A stretch of 64,000 nt of DNA from Thermodiscus sp. GTDB lineage: Archaea > Thermoproteota > Thermoprotei_A > Sulfolobales > Acidilobaceae. The notes below the pieces were generated by a model, which worked only from the letters and a program-made list of their open reading frames with translations, did not search any database and was not told the DNA's origin. The position numbers and the translations under genes were made by a program. This document shows positions 10,305 to 19,300 of the stretch, one piece after another. Each line of letters opens with the position of its first letter. Position 1 is the stretch's first letter. The stretch lies in contig WAOR01000009.1 of NCBI GenBank assembly GCA_015521175.1, forward strand, positions 4,764 through 68,763. The letters run 5' to 3'.

Positions 10305-11495
10305 CTAAGGCCTATAGACGTGTATGAAGGCTCCCTTAAGATAGTCCAAGTACTCCTCACCCCTGAGGGCGTGGTCCGGACCTGCACCCCTCAGACTCCC
10401 CATAATCCTGTACTCTACCCCGGCTACGCCTGCAGATGATGCGATAGCTTCTAGGAAGAGGTCTCTCGTGAGGAAGTAGCTGCAACTGCTAAGGTAAACG
10501 ATCGCACCGTCCCTGGCCTTCTCGAGGCTCCACGAGTAAGCCCGCTTATAAGCTCTAAACCCCCTCTCAACAGCCTCCCTGCTCCCGGACTGGATGAAGG
10601 CTGGAGGGTCCACGGCTATTAGGTCAAAGTAGTCCTGGGGGACCCCCTCAGCTTTCCAAATGCTCTCATTAATAATCCTGTAGTTCTCGACCCCGTTCAA
10701 TCGGAGGTTCTCACGTAGGAGCTCGACCGCGCTGGGATCCTCCTCTAGGAACACGACCTCCTTGGCGCCGGCAAGGGACGCGTGGATCCCGAAGCCTCCC
10801 GTGTAGGAGAACACGTCTAGAACCCTGCTCCCCTCGTAGGCGAGCTCCTGGAACTCCAGCCTGTTAAGCCTCTGGTCCAGGTAGAACCCGGTCTTCTGGC
10901 CCCTTACAACGTCTACTATAAACCGGGCGGGACCCTCTTCCACTATAACCCTAGGCTTCCTACCTAGGAGCCACCTGCTCCTGGGCTCTAGGCCAATATC
11001 CCTCCTGCTCCTCTGAAGGCTCTTCTCATAGACCGCCTCAACGCCCGTCAGCTTTACAAGTATCGAGGCTATATGTTCTGCTAGCGAGTCTACTGCTAGA
11101 CTGCTGGATTGGAGCACTGCTAGCTCCTCGGCGTATACGTCTATTATTAGCCCGGAGAGCCTGTCTCCATCGCTATTCACCAGTCTGTAGCTAGAGCCGA
11201 GCCTAGCCCGGTATCTCTTACGGGCCTCGTAGGCCTTGCCTAGGAGGTACTCCAACGCCTCCACGGGGTCGCTCCAGGGGCAGGCTCCACGCTTCAGTAC
11301 CCTCACAGCTACGGGGCCTATGGGCTCCCATAGCCCGCATCCCAGGGGCTCGCCTCTAGTGGACTCGAGCTCGACTAGTGCTCCTGGAGGGATGCTGTGC
11401 CTGGGCTTAACCCATTTCCGGTAGACTATGCTGGTACCTCTCGCTAGGTATTCTACCGCTTTTCCCTCCACTCTCACCCTTACTGGCAATCCCAC
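10305..11495 (-). CDS. RlmI-like RNA m5C methyltransferase (PUA + class I SAM domain)
   Basis: YRLVNSDGDRLSGLIID, GQKTGFYLDQR, VLDVFSYTGGF, DPPAF, SSCS. Confidence 0.9.
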   Translation of the reverse strand: MGLPVRVRVEGKAVEYLARGTSIVYRKWVKPRHSIPPGALVELESTRGEPLGCGLWEPIGPVAVRVLKRGACPWSDPVEALEYLLGKAYEARKRYRARLGSSYRLVNSDGDRLSGLIIDVYAEELAVLQSSSLAVDSLAEHIASILVKLTGVEAVYEKSLQRSRRDIGLEPRSRWLLGRKPRVIVEEGPARFIVDVVRGQKTGFYLDQRLNRLEFQELAYEGSRVLDVFSYTGGFGIHASLAGAKEVVFLEEDPSAVELLRENLRLNGVENYRIINESIWKAEGVPQDYFDLIAVDPPAFIQSGSREAVERGFRAYKRAYSWSLEKARDGAIVYLSSCSYFLTRDLFLEAIASSAGVAGVEYRIMGSLRGAGPDHALRGEEYLDYLKGAFIHVYRP

Positions 11496-11844
11496 CAGTC
11501 CTCTTCAGCTTGAAGGCGACAACGGCGGTTATTAGCGGGAGGTCGCAGTAGTCTTGTAATGAGACGCCTCCTGCCCGGAGGGCTGAAGTGAACGATTCCA
11601 CGTCTTCTCCTAGCTCCTTGTTCCCCCTGTAGAGCCAGAGGGTAACCGTGGCTAGGGCTACCGAGGAGAACACTCCTAGGATTAGGAGTAGTGGGGGGCC
11701 CAGCAGGGATAATAGGAGGCTTATCACTGATGCCAGGCCTCCTATCGCCGCTGAGAGCCTTGCCCTCTTGTAGAGCCAGTCCCTAGCCTCTACTAGGAGT
11801 TCAAGTGCCTCCTCCTCGTTACACGGCAATACCTCGGTTATCAA
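11407..11844 (-). CDS. Small hypothetical membrane protein
   Basis: Two TM helices; start overlaps the hutI stop, suggesting translational coupling. Confidence 0.55.
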   Translation of the reverse strand: MITEVLPCNEEEALELLVEARDWLYKRARLSAAIGGLASVISLLLSLLGPPLLLILGVFSSVALATVTLWLYRGNKELGEDVESFTSALRAGGVSLQDYCDLPLITAVVAFKLKRTGGIASKGESGGKSGRIPSERYQHSLPEMG

Positions 11845-13109
11845 TCCACGCCCCCCTTAACCGGCACGCCGCCGACGAACACCTCCCGTACACGGTCAAC
11901 GCCCCACTTATACCCGACCCACCTATAGCTTGGAACCTCCCACACGACTAGGTCGGCCGCGGCGCCCCTCGCTATCAAGCCATGGCTCCCGTCTAGGCGT
12001 AGGCTTCTCGCCGCATTCACTGTCGCAGCGGCTAGGCCTTCTAGGGGAGTCATTCCTAGGAGGTATACTGCTAGGTCGATTACGGATTGCATGCTGGGGT
12101 TCATATTGTTGGGGTTGTAGTCTGTTGCTAGTGCAACTACCGCTCCCGCCTCTCTTAGGGCTTGTGCGGGGGGCTTCTTCTCGGAGAATACGGAGAGCAT
12201 GCTTGAGGGGAGGAGTGTGGCAACTGTTCCCCTGCTGGCTAGTAGCTTAGCGTTTCCTGGGGGGAGGTATTCGAGGTGGTCCATGCTGTCAATGGGCATC
12301 TCACCTGCCAAGTCGCTGCAGCCGATGTAGGCTAGCTCCTCCGCGTGTAGCCTTAGCCTGTAGCCGTGTCGTAGCCCTGCCTGTAGTATTCGCCTCGTCT
12401 CCTCGACGGTGAAGGCTCCCTTGTCGCAGAAAACGTCGATGTAGACTGGCTTTGGCTCTACTCTCTTGGCTCCCGGGACTATCTCGTCTGCGAAGAGTTC
12501 GACGTATCCTTCCCTATCATCCTTGTACTCCTGGGGGATGACGTGGGCGAGCAGGGTTGGAACTATCCCTGGCAGGCCTGGGGCATTCAAGCCCCTGAGG
12601 GCCTCCAGCATTTTGTACTCGTACTCGGGTAGGAGGCCGTAGCCCGTCTTGACCTCTACGACCGTCGTACCGTTTCTAGCCATCTCCAATAGCCTCTCCC
12701 TAGCGAGCCTCTCCAGCTCTTCTATGCTCGCCTCTCTGGTCGCTCTTACAGTCCTGTGTATCCCCCCACCCTTGGCAAGTATTTCCTCGTAGGAGTAGCC
12801 GAGGAGCTTCAACTCTAGCTCGTCTTCCCTTGAGCCTGCGAACACTAGGTGGGTGTGGGGGTCTACGAGGCCCGGGGTGACTAATAGTCCCCGAGCGTTG
12901 TAGGTGTAAGCTGCCTCGTACCTGGCCCTTATCTCGCTGGAGGGGCCGTAGTCGATTACCCTGCCTGAGCGGACGGCTACTCCAGCGTTTCTCAGTATTC
13001 CTGCGCGTTGAGGGTCCCTCGCCTCCCGCCCCCTCAGGGGTCCCTCTCGGAATGTCACTAGCTCCCCTATGTTGTAGACTACCAGGTCGGCTCTGGGCAT
13101 TACAGGCAC
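11841..13109 (-). CDS. hutI: Imidazolonepropionase
   Basis: DPHTHLVFAGSREDE, GGGIHRTV, EVKTGYGL, ALATDYNP. Confidence 0.93.
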   Translation of the reverse strand: MPVMPRADLVVYNIGELVTFREGPLRGREARDPQRAGILRNAGVAVRSGRVIDYGPSSEIRARYEAAYTYNARGLLVTPGLVDPHTHLVFAGSREDELELKLLGYSYEEILAKGGGIHRTVRATREASIEELERLARERLLEMARNGTTVVEVKTGYGLLPEYEYKMLEALRGLNAPGLPGIVPTLLAHVIPQEYKDDREGYVELFADEIVPGAKRVEPKPVYIDVFCDKGAFTVEETRRILQAGLRHGYRLRLHAEELAYIGCSDLAGEMPIDSMDHLEYLPPGNAKLLASRGTVATLLPSSMLSVFSEKKPPAQALREAGAVVALATDYNPNNMNPSMQSVIDLAVYLLGMTPLEGLAAATVNAARSLRLDGSHGLIARGAAADLVVWEVPSYRWVGYKWGVDRVREVFVGGVPVKGGVD

Positions 13110-14023
13110 TCCTCCGTGTAGACTTGTAGCGCACGTAGGACTAATACCGACGATACCCTGACGGTAGAGCCTTCCACGTCATGGGCTGGAACGACTTCCA
13201 CGATGTCTATCCCTTTAGGGCATAGGCTTGAGACGGCCTCCTCCACTATCTCGAGCGATAGTGCAGGGGTTAGGCCGAGTGGACTGGGGGAGTTTACTCC
13301 CGGCGCGTAGGCTTGGTCCAAGTGGTCCACGTCTATGCTGACGTAGTAGTTGTCCAGGCCTTCCCGCTCTAAGACTCTTATCGCCTCCCTCCACGATTGG
13401 GGGTCCCTCATCGCTCTCACAGAGGATACCACGTGGAACCCGGCCTCCAGAGCCCTCTCGTGGAGGTATGAGGGGTTAGCGTATGGCGCGATTCCAACAA
13501 TCGAGGCCCGTAGCTTCTCTTTGTACCGGGTATAGAGGTTCCATAGCCATGACCCGCTCGTGTAGCCCTCGCTAGTACTCCTCATGTCATAATGTGCGTC
13601 GAGTAAGAGGAGGCCGAGGGTCCCCCTTTCCAGGAGGGGGCTTATCGTCCACTCCGATATGCTGTGGTCCCCGCCCAGTATGACGGTGAGCCTCCTCGCC
13701 TCGTATACCTCCCCGAGAGCGTGGCGGACCCTCCTACTGGTTAGCTCCCAGTCTCCAGGGGCTATCCTAACATCTCCAAGGTCTACCGGCTTCCTCTCGA
13801 TCCGGCCCCAGTCGGGGGCGAAGGGCCTCATTGAGTATAGTGTCGAGCGTATTCTAGCCGGGGCTTCTCTTGCACCAGGCCTCCCGGTTATCCCCCAGTC
13901 CCATGGGATTCCTAGGAGGGCTATTTCCTCCGCCTTTGGTAGGCTTGCCACACGCTCGTCTCGGGGGTCCCTCAGGAGGGGGGCTCCTGGACTAGTGAAT
14001 AATTCTTCCGACACCGAGGACAC
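13100..14023 (-). CDS. hutG: Formimidoylglutamase (arginase/agmatinase family)
   Basis: GRPGA, GGDHS, DAHYD, SIDVD..D...PG; lies between hutI and hutU. Confidence 0.82.
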   Translation of the reverse strand: MSSVSEELFTSPGAPLLRDPRDERVASLPKAEEIALLGIPWDWGITGRPGAREAPARIRSTLYSMRPFAPDWGRIERKPVDLGDVRIAPGDWELTSRRVRHALGEVYEARRLTVILGGDHSISEWTISPLLERGTLGLLLLDAHYDMRSTSEGYTSGSWLWNLYTRYKEKLRASIVGIAPYANPSYLHERALEAGFHVVSSVRAMRDPQSWREAIRVLEREGLDNYYVSIDVDHLDQAYAPGVNSPSPLGLTPALSLEIVEEAVSSLCPKGIDIVEVVPAHDVEGSTVRVSSVLVLRALQVYTEECL

Positions 14024-14127
14024 CCTTGCCGATAGAGGGGATACCTGTGCACGGCTATACTAGCATCGTGGTGATTGATAAAATCCTTACTCTGCAATAG
14101 GCATAACTGGTAGCGTGCTAACTATTT

Positions 14128-15903
14128 GTGAACCTATCCTGGAGGAGATGTCCTGTGGTAACCGTTAGTGTCCCGGAGGATATCGCCCGGAAGTATTCTG
14201 GCAGGCCCATCATGAGGCTAATCGAGGAGGGCTATTACAGGCCTTGGGAGAGGCTGAGGGTGCGCCACATAACCGGGTGGGAGATGCACGTTAAGAGCGG
14301 GTCCTGGCAGCTTGAGGGTCCCCTACGCATGCTCTTCCACGTACTAGACCCGGAAGTGGCCAAGGATCCGGAGCACCTGATAGTCTACGGTGGTACTGGT
14401 AGGGCGGCTCGTAGCTGGGAGGCCTTCGAGAGGATAGCTGAGACCCTAATGGAGATGGATGAGGATCAGACCCTTGTGGTGCAGTCTGGTAAGCCTATAG
14501 CAGTATTCCGCACCCATAAGATGGCGCCCCGAGTAGTCATTAGCAACGCTATGCTAGTGCCCAAGTGGGCCGACTGGGATTACTTCAGGGAGCTTGAAGC
14601 GAAGGGCCTCACGATGTACGGGCAGATGACCGCTGGATGCTGGGCCTACATAGGCACCCAGGGGATACTGCAGGGTACTTATGAGACCCTGGCGTTCGCC
14701 GCTGAGAAGCACTTCCCCGAGGGGTCCCTCGAGGGTAGGCTAGTCCTAACGGCTGGGCTAGGCGAGATGGGCGGTGCACAGCCCCTAGCCGTCACGATGA
14801 ACGGCGGAGTCGCAATTGTTGTAGAAGTTGATAAGAGGATGATTGAGAGGAGGATCAGGCACGGCTACCTTGACACCTGGACGGATAGCCTTGATAAAGC
14901 CTTGGACATGGCGCAGAAGGCTCTGGAGAAGAGGGAGCCTCTAAGCATAGGCCTTCTGGGCAACGCCGCCGAGGTATACCCCCAGATACTTGATATGGGT
15001 ATTGTCCCAGACGTGGTCACCGATCAGACGCCCGCGCATGACCCGCTAAGCTATGTGCCCGCCGGCCTAACCGTTGAGGAGGCCGAGAGGCTCCGGGAGG
15101 AGAACCCGGAGAAGTATAAGAGGCTCGCCCTTGAGAGCATGAAGAAGCATGTTGAGGCCATGGTAGGCTTCCTAAGAGAGGGTAGCGTTGTATTCGAGTA
15201 CGGTAACAATATCAGGAAAATGGCCTATGAGGCCGGGTATAAGGACGCCTTCGCATTCCCCGGCTTCGTCCAAGCATACATACGCCCCATGTTCGAGGAA
15301 GGCAGGGGTCCCTTCAGGTACACAAGCCTAACCGGGAACCCCAAGGATATCGAGAGGCTCGACGACGAGCTAATAGCCACCTTCAAGGACAACAAAAGGC
15401 TTGTACGCTGGGTAGAGAAGGCTAGGAAATACGTAAAGTTCCAGGGACTACCAGCTAGAGTCGTATGGCTCGGCTACGGCGAGAGAGCCCGCTTCGGCAA
15501 GATAATGAATAGCTTGATCCGGCTGGGAGAAATAGGCCCCATGTGGATCGGCAGAGACCACCTAGACTCGGGCAGCGTTGCAAGCCCCTACAGAGAGACC
15601 GAGGGCATGAAGGATGGAAGCGACGCTATCGGAGACTGGCCAGTACTAAACGCCCTCCTAAACGCCGCAGCCGGGGCCACATGGGTATGCTTCCACCATG
15701 GCGGCGGAGTAGGAATAGGCTACTCAATACACGCTGGAATAGGCCTGGTCCTCGACGGGACCCCGGAGAGCGAGAAGAGGGCCGAACTAGTGCTAACCGC
15801 TGACCCCGGCATAGGAGTGGCGAGGCACGCGGACGCCGGCTATGAGAGGGCTAGGAGGGTGGCCTGCGAGAAGGGTATATGGATGCCCATGCTCCAGTGC
15901 TAG
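14128..15903 (+). CDS. hutU: Urocanate hydratase
   Basis: [36 protein letters not shown]. True start may be GTG near 14155. Confidence 0.96.
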   Translation: MNLSWRRCPVVTVSVPEDIARKYSGRPIMRLIEEGYYRPWERLRVRHITGWEMHVKSGSWQLEGPLRMLFHVLDPEVAKDPEHLIVYGGTGRAARSWEAFERIAETLMEMDEDQTLVVQSGKPIAVFRTHKMAPRVVISNAMLVPKWADWDYFRELEAKGLTMYGQMTAGCWAYIGTQGILQGTYETLAFAAEKHFPEGSLEGRLVLTAGLGEMGGAQPLAVTMNGGVAIVVEVDKRMIERRIRHGYLDTWTDSLDKALDMAQKALEKREPLSIGLLGNAAEVYPQILDMGIVPDVVTDQTPAHDPLSYVPAGLTVEEAERLREENPEKYKRLALESMKKHVEAMVGFLREGSVVFEYGNNIRKMAYEAGYKDAFAFPGFVQAYIRPMFEEGRGPFRYTSLTGNPKDIERLDDELIATFKDNKRLVRWVEKARKYVKFQGLPARVVWLGYGERARFGKIMNSLIRLGEIGPMWIGRDHLDSGSVASPYRETEGMKDGSDAIGDWPVLNALLNAAAGATWVCFHHGGGVGIGYSIHAGIGLVLDGTPESEKRAELVLTADPGIGVARHADAGYERARRVACEKGIWMPMLQC

Positions 15904-15980
15904 ATCAACTAGGCCCTCTAGAACCATCCTTTTTATCCCTTCTAACCTGTTAAACCAGTCCATGGAGGCCCGCGGGATTG

Positions 15981-16064
15981 CCCCGAGTCCCGGGGAGGCT
16001 TGAATGACCGCGGGAGGCTCCACCCCTAGGCCTTCCCACCTTCCGGCCCCGGGATTCGTGGGGG
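15981..16064. ncRNA. Putative structured RNA / long GC-rich stem-loop
   Basis: CCCCGAGTCCCGGGG (15981-95) pairs with CCCCGGGATTCGTGGG (16047-62); inner GGGAGGC/GCCTTCCC stem; TGAATGA in the internal loop. Confidence 0.35.
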
Positions 16065-16171
16065 TCCTCACTATTGCCTCCTATAAATAGGCTGGGGCAC
16101 GGCGTCTATATGCTATTGACCCATGTATATAATCCGGCTAACAACTAATAGGTTATTACGGGTGTAAAAGA

Positions 16172-16609
16172 ATGGCACCCCTCAAATTACCCAGGAAACA
16201 CATGCCCCTACTAGCTAGGGACATTATGAGCAGCCCTCCACTAACGGTTACAGAGAAGACCACGCTAAAGGAAGCCGCGAAGATGATGTGCGAGAACAGG
16301 GTTGGAAGCATCCTTGTAGTCGGAACCGATGGAAAACTAAGGGGTATACTGACTGAGAGAGACGTGACATGCGCTGCTTCGCATGAAGACAAGGACACTC
16401 CAGTATGCGACATGCCCGTATGGGAGTTCATGACTCCGGATCCAGAGTACGTGACTCCCGAGGCGCCGGTAACGGAAGTGCTGGACAAGTTCAGGGAGCT
16501 GGGAGTTCGCCACCTACCCGTGGTCGATAAGGACGGTAAGCCCGTGGGAGTCATAAGTGTCCGGGACGTGCTAGCCCTCATAGAGCTACTCTTCAGGATC
16601 TTCAAGTAG
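16172..16609 (+). CDS. Stand-alone CBS-pair protein
   Basis: DIMSSPP, VGSILVV, GILTERD, VRHLPVVD, GVISVRD. Confidence 0.92.
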   Translation: MAPLKLPRKHMPLLARDIMSSPPLTVTEKTTLKEAAKMMCENRVGSILVVGTDGKLRGILTERDVTCAASHEDKDTPVCDMPVWEFMTPDPEYVTPEAPVTEVLDKFRELGVRHLPVVDKDGKPVGVISVRDVLALIELLFRIFK

Positions 16610-16721
16610 TTGCCTAACCCTATATTTTACTATATAGAACGAGTACAACATGTTTAGAAATGTTTAATAAAAGCTCTCATTAGGCTAGGCCTTACACAAT
16701 AGTGGGATAGGGACTCGTAGA

Positions 16722-17210
16722 GTGACTAGTATAGTAGGAGAAATAGAGCTCAAGGCGCAGGAGTGCCGTAGGAGGCTTGAGGAGGCACCACTAGACGATC
16801 GCTGGATACCAAGGCTGAAGTCAAACATAGCCACAGTCGTAGCTGAGTGTATTGTCGAGCTTCTCGGAGAGGACAAGGTAGAGGAGATACGCTACATCGA
16901 CCTTAGCGGTGGAGAAGTGGCTCAGGGCTTCGAGGGTAGGGATGTAGACATCATAGTTAAGGTTAAGAACATACCTCCCGGCATGGAAAACGACTTAAAA
17001 TCAGTCCTCGAAAACACGTTGAATCCCCTGCTACAGGAGAGGCTTGCATGGTACGTCACACTAACAGGTAAAAAAGACCTAATAGAAATACACATAGTTT
17101 CAGACCACTATCTCGGCTACGGGGTTCTGCTCCGCAGCTCCTTCTCGCCAGCCATAAGGGTGTGGCCTAAGAGGCGCGAGGATAGGCTGGCCTTCGTATT
17201 CCCCTTCTAG
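16722..17210 (+). CDS. Hypothetical protein, minimal nucleotidyltransferase (Pol-beta)-like
   Basis: DLSGGE-x-GRDVDIIV...LIEIHIV; paralog of the next gene. Confidence 0.65.
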   Translation: MTSIVGEIELKAQECRRRLEEAPLDDRWIPRLKSNIATVVAECIVELLGEDKVEEIRYIDLSGGEVAQGFEGRDVDIIVKVKNIPPGMENDLKSVLENTLNPLLQERLAWYVTLTGKKDLIEIHIVSDHYLGYGVLLRSSFSPAIRVWPKRREDRLAFVFPF

Positions 17211-17213
17211 GCA

Positions 17214-17663
17214 TCATAAAGGGTTAGAAGGCGGCCATACTTTAACCAGTCTTGAGTACCTCGAGTTCAACATATTATAGTAAGGGGCATCTTCGGGGCC
17301 TCGGACAACATGGATCTCTATGACATTGGGGATTCTCAGCTCCTCTATCGGGTCGAAGCCGAGCACTTCAGCTATCACTATCCTGGCTGACTGGTCGAGG
17401 CCCGACTCTAGTACATTCTCGTCTAAGCCCTCACACGATGGAGCATAGATGATTATGTCAACGTCCTTGCCTCCATGGTCTTGAAGATAGCTGGGCTCGC
17501 CTCCCGTCAGGTCTGCAATATATACGCCTTTAATGCATCCGGGCCCAATGCAGTCTGAGACAGTTGTGATAATACACTCGACGGCTGGATCAGCTAGAAG
17601 CCTCTTAATGTATTGCCATGCGTGGGACTTGTAGCCCTCCTCACGTATACCCTCCAGCACCAT
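17214..17663 (-). CDS. Hypothetical protein, minimal nucleotidyltransferase (Pol-beta)-like, paralog 2
   Basis: DLTGGE-x-GKDVDIII...VIEIHVV...VKVWP. Frame is open upstream to a CTG at 17765 behind a GGTG RBS. Confidence 0.65.
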   Translation of the reverse strand: MVLEGIREEGYKSHAWQYIKRLLADPAVECIITTVSDCIGPGCIKGVYIADLTGGEPSYLQDHGGKDVDIIIYAPSCEGLDENVLESGLDQSARIVIAEVLGFDPIEELRIPNVIEIHVVRGPEDAPYYNMLNSRYSRLVKVWPPSNPL

Positions 17664-17838
17664 TCTTTGCCGACAGGGGGATCTAGCTATCTGGCTTTCC
17701 AGGATTCTCCTGCCTTTATCTAAGAGGCAGTATCCTGCTTTTTCAAGACAGTGGTCTAGCGGCAGCTCGGGGCACCGGTTAGTGGAGGAGGAGTTGCATC
17801 CTCCTATATAGGTTGCAGTAATCGTGGGGAGTGCCGGG

Positions 17839-18741
17839 CTAGTGTTCGTTGCCTATTGCTAGGCAGAGCATTGTTCTGGCGGCCTCTGCTAGGGATGATA
17901 CCAGGGCTATGGCGAGACCTGCAGCCTTGCCCTCTGCCCCCTGGAGCTTTTCTAGGGATCTCTCAGCCTCCTCTATAGCCTCGAGTAGCCTTTTCCCACT
18001 GACATTTGAGGCTCCACTGGCTGTTAGCATTAATACCTTGCTTACAGAGTCCGCGATCAGCGTTGCCTTATCCTCTGGGAGATGGTAGAGTTCCTCTGTT
18101 AGCCTCCATGCTATTTGGATTGATGTGTAGAGTGTTCCTATAGTCATTGGGTTTAGTTTTTCGCCGCTGCAAGATAGTACCTTGTTCCTGTAGGCGTCTC
18201 TCGCTAGCAGGTCCACGATCATTTTAGTCTTCTCTAGGTCTCTCTGGATTTCTGCCCAATCTGTTGTCTTCTTGGCCGCGGACTCTAGGGTGTTTAGCAG
18301 TATTGTTGATATTAGTTTTACGAATTTCCTGTTGCTCTCCTTACTGGTGAGCAGCTGTGCTTCGATAATGTTTAAGACCTGGACAGCTTCCAGCACATAT
18401 TCGCTCTTCTTGATCTCCTCGAGGAACTCCTCAGGGTTTATTTGGCCGTGTTTTGGAAGCTCGACTACTAGCCTATCGTATCCTGCTATGAAGGCGCACC
18501 TGGCAAGGTCCTTCGGCTTTATGTTTTTCATGTAGCCAGTTAGTTTCAAGTTTAATGCTCCTATGCTTTTCACCTGGTTTGAGTTAGCTGGGACTATTTT
18601 CAGGTGGTTTCCCTCGTCTACGACTATTACCTCGTCTCCTATTGCTATCCCGGCTTTCCTGGCCCAGTCTTTTGGCAGTGTTATTATGAGGCTTGATCCC
18701 CCTAGCCTCTGCACTCGTCTCCTCGAGATTCCTAGGCTCAC
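17839..18741 (-). CDS. AbrB/SpoVT N-terminal + PhoU-like regulator
   Basis: RRVQRLGGSSLIITLPKDWAR N-terminus followed by a helical domain. Confidence 0.82.
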   Translation of the reverse strand: MSLGISRRRVQRLGGSSLIITLPKDWARKAGIAIGDEVIVVDEGNHLKIVPANSNQVKSIGALNLKLTGYMKNIKPKDLARCAFIAGYDRLVVELPKHGQINPEEFLEEIKKSEYVLEAVQVLNIIEAQLLTSKESNRKFVKLISTILLNTLESAAKKTTDWAEIQRDLEKTKMIVDLLARDAYRNKVLSCSGEKLNPMTIGTLYTSIQIAWRLTEELYHLPEDKATLIADSVSKVLMLTASGASNVSGKRLLEAIEEAERSLEKLQGAEGKAAGLAIALVSSLAEAARTMLCLAIGNEH

Positions 18742-18788
18742 AGAATCTTCACCGGTTATTGTGTATGGTATGGAGGACCCTATATATG

Positions 18789-18805
18789 CTTTAACAGTGT
18801 TAAAG
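18789..18805. promoter_or_regulatory. Palindromic operator candidate next to TATA of the AbrB-PhoU gene
   Basis: CTTTAACA-G-TGTTAAAG, perfect 8-bp arms, adjacent to TATATA at 18781-86. Confidence 0.5.
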
Positions 18806-18816
18806 AAGGGTATGGG

Positions 18817-19242
18817 TTACCCGGCAGCGTGTAACTCCTCTATATCCACGTCTCCGGCGAAGGGCCTGCTCACGTCCTTGATACTGATGATTCCGACTAG
18901 CCTGCCATCGCTATCGACTACGGGCAAGTGTCGGAAGCCGAAGTGAATCATTATCTCTAGTGCTTTCTTAGCTGACTCTGACTCCTTTATAGTCATTGGG
19001 TGCGGTGTCATCACTTCCTCCAGCTTTACTTTCTCCGGGTCTAGCCCCTTAGCGCATACCTTTAGGAGTAGGTCTCTCTCGGTGAATATGCCGATCGGCT
19101 TCATTTCATCGTCCACGATGACTACGCTTCCAATGTTCTCCTCGGCCATCTTCCTTATAGCCTCGGCCACGGTTGCATCCTTCTTGAAGACTATTGGAGT
19201 CTTGGTTACGAGGGATATTACGGGTAGCTCCTCATGGGTCAC
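18817..19242 (-). CDS. Stand-alone CBS-pair protein
   Basis: IGSVVIVD, GIFTERD, FRHLPVVD, GIISIKD. Confidence 0.92.
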   Translation of the reverse strand: MTHEELPVISLVTKTPIVFKKDATVAEAIRKMAEENIGSVVIVDDEMKPIGIFTERDLLLKVCAKGLDPEKVKLEEVMTPHPMTIKESESAKKALEIMIHFGFRHLPVVDSDGRLVGIISIKDVSRPFAGDVDIEELHAAG

Positions 19243-19300
19243 GAGGGCCTCACCATTAACTTATTACCGCCTGCCTAGTTATTATACTCCCTGTTCTCAC

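Noticed and set aside
15793..16071. 92-aa minus-strand ORF
   Set aside because: Overlaps hutU antisense, Pro/Gly-rich translation of a hairpin region, no motif
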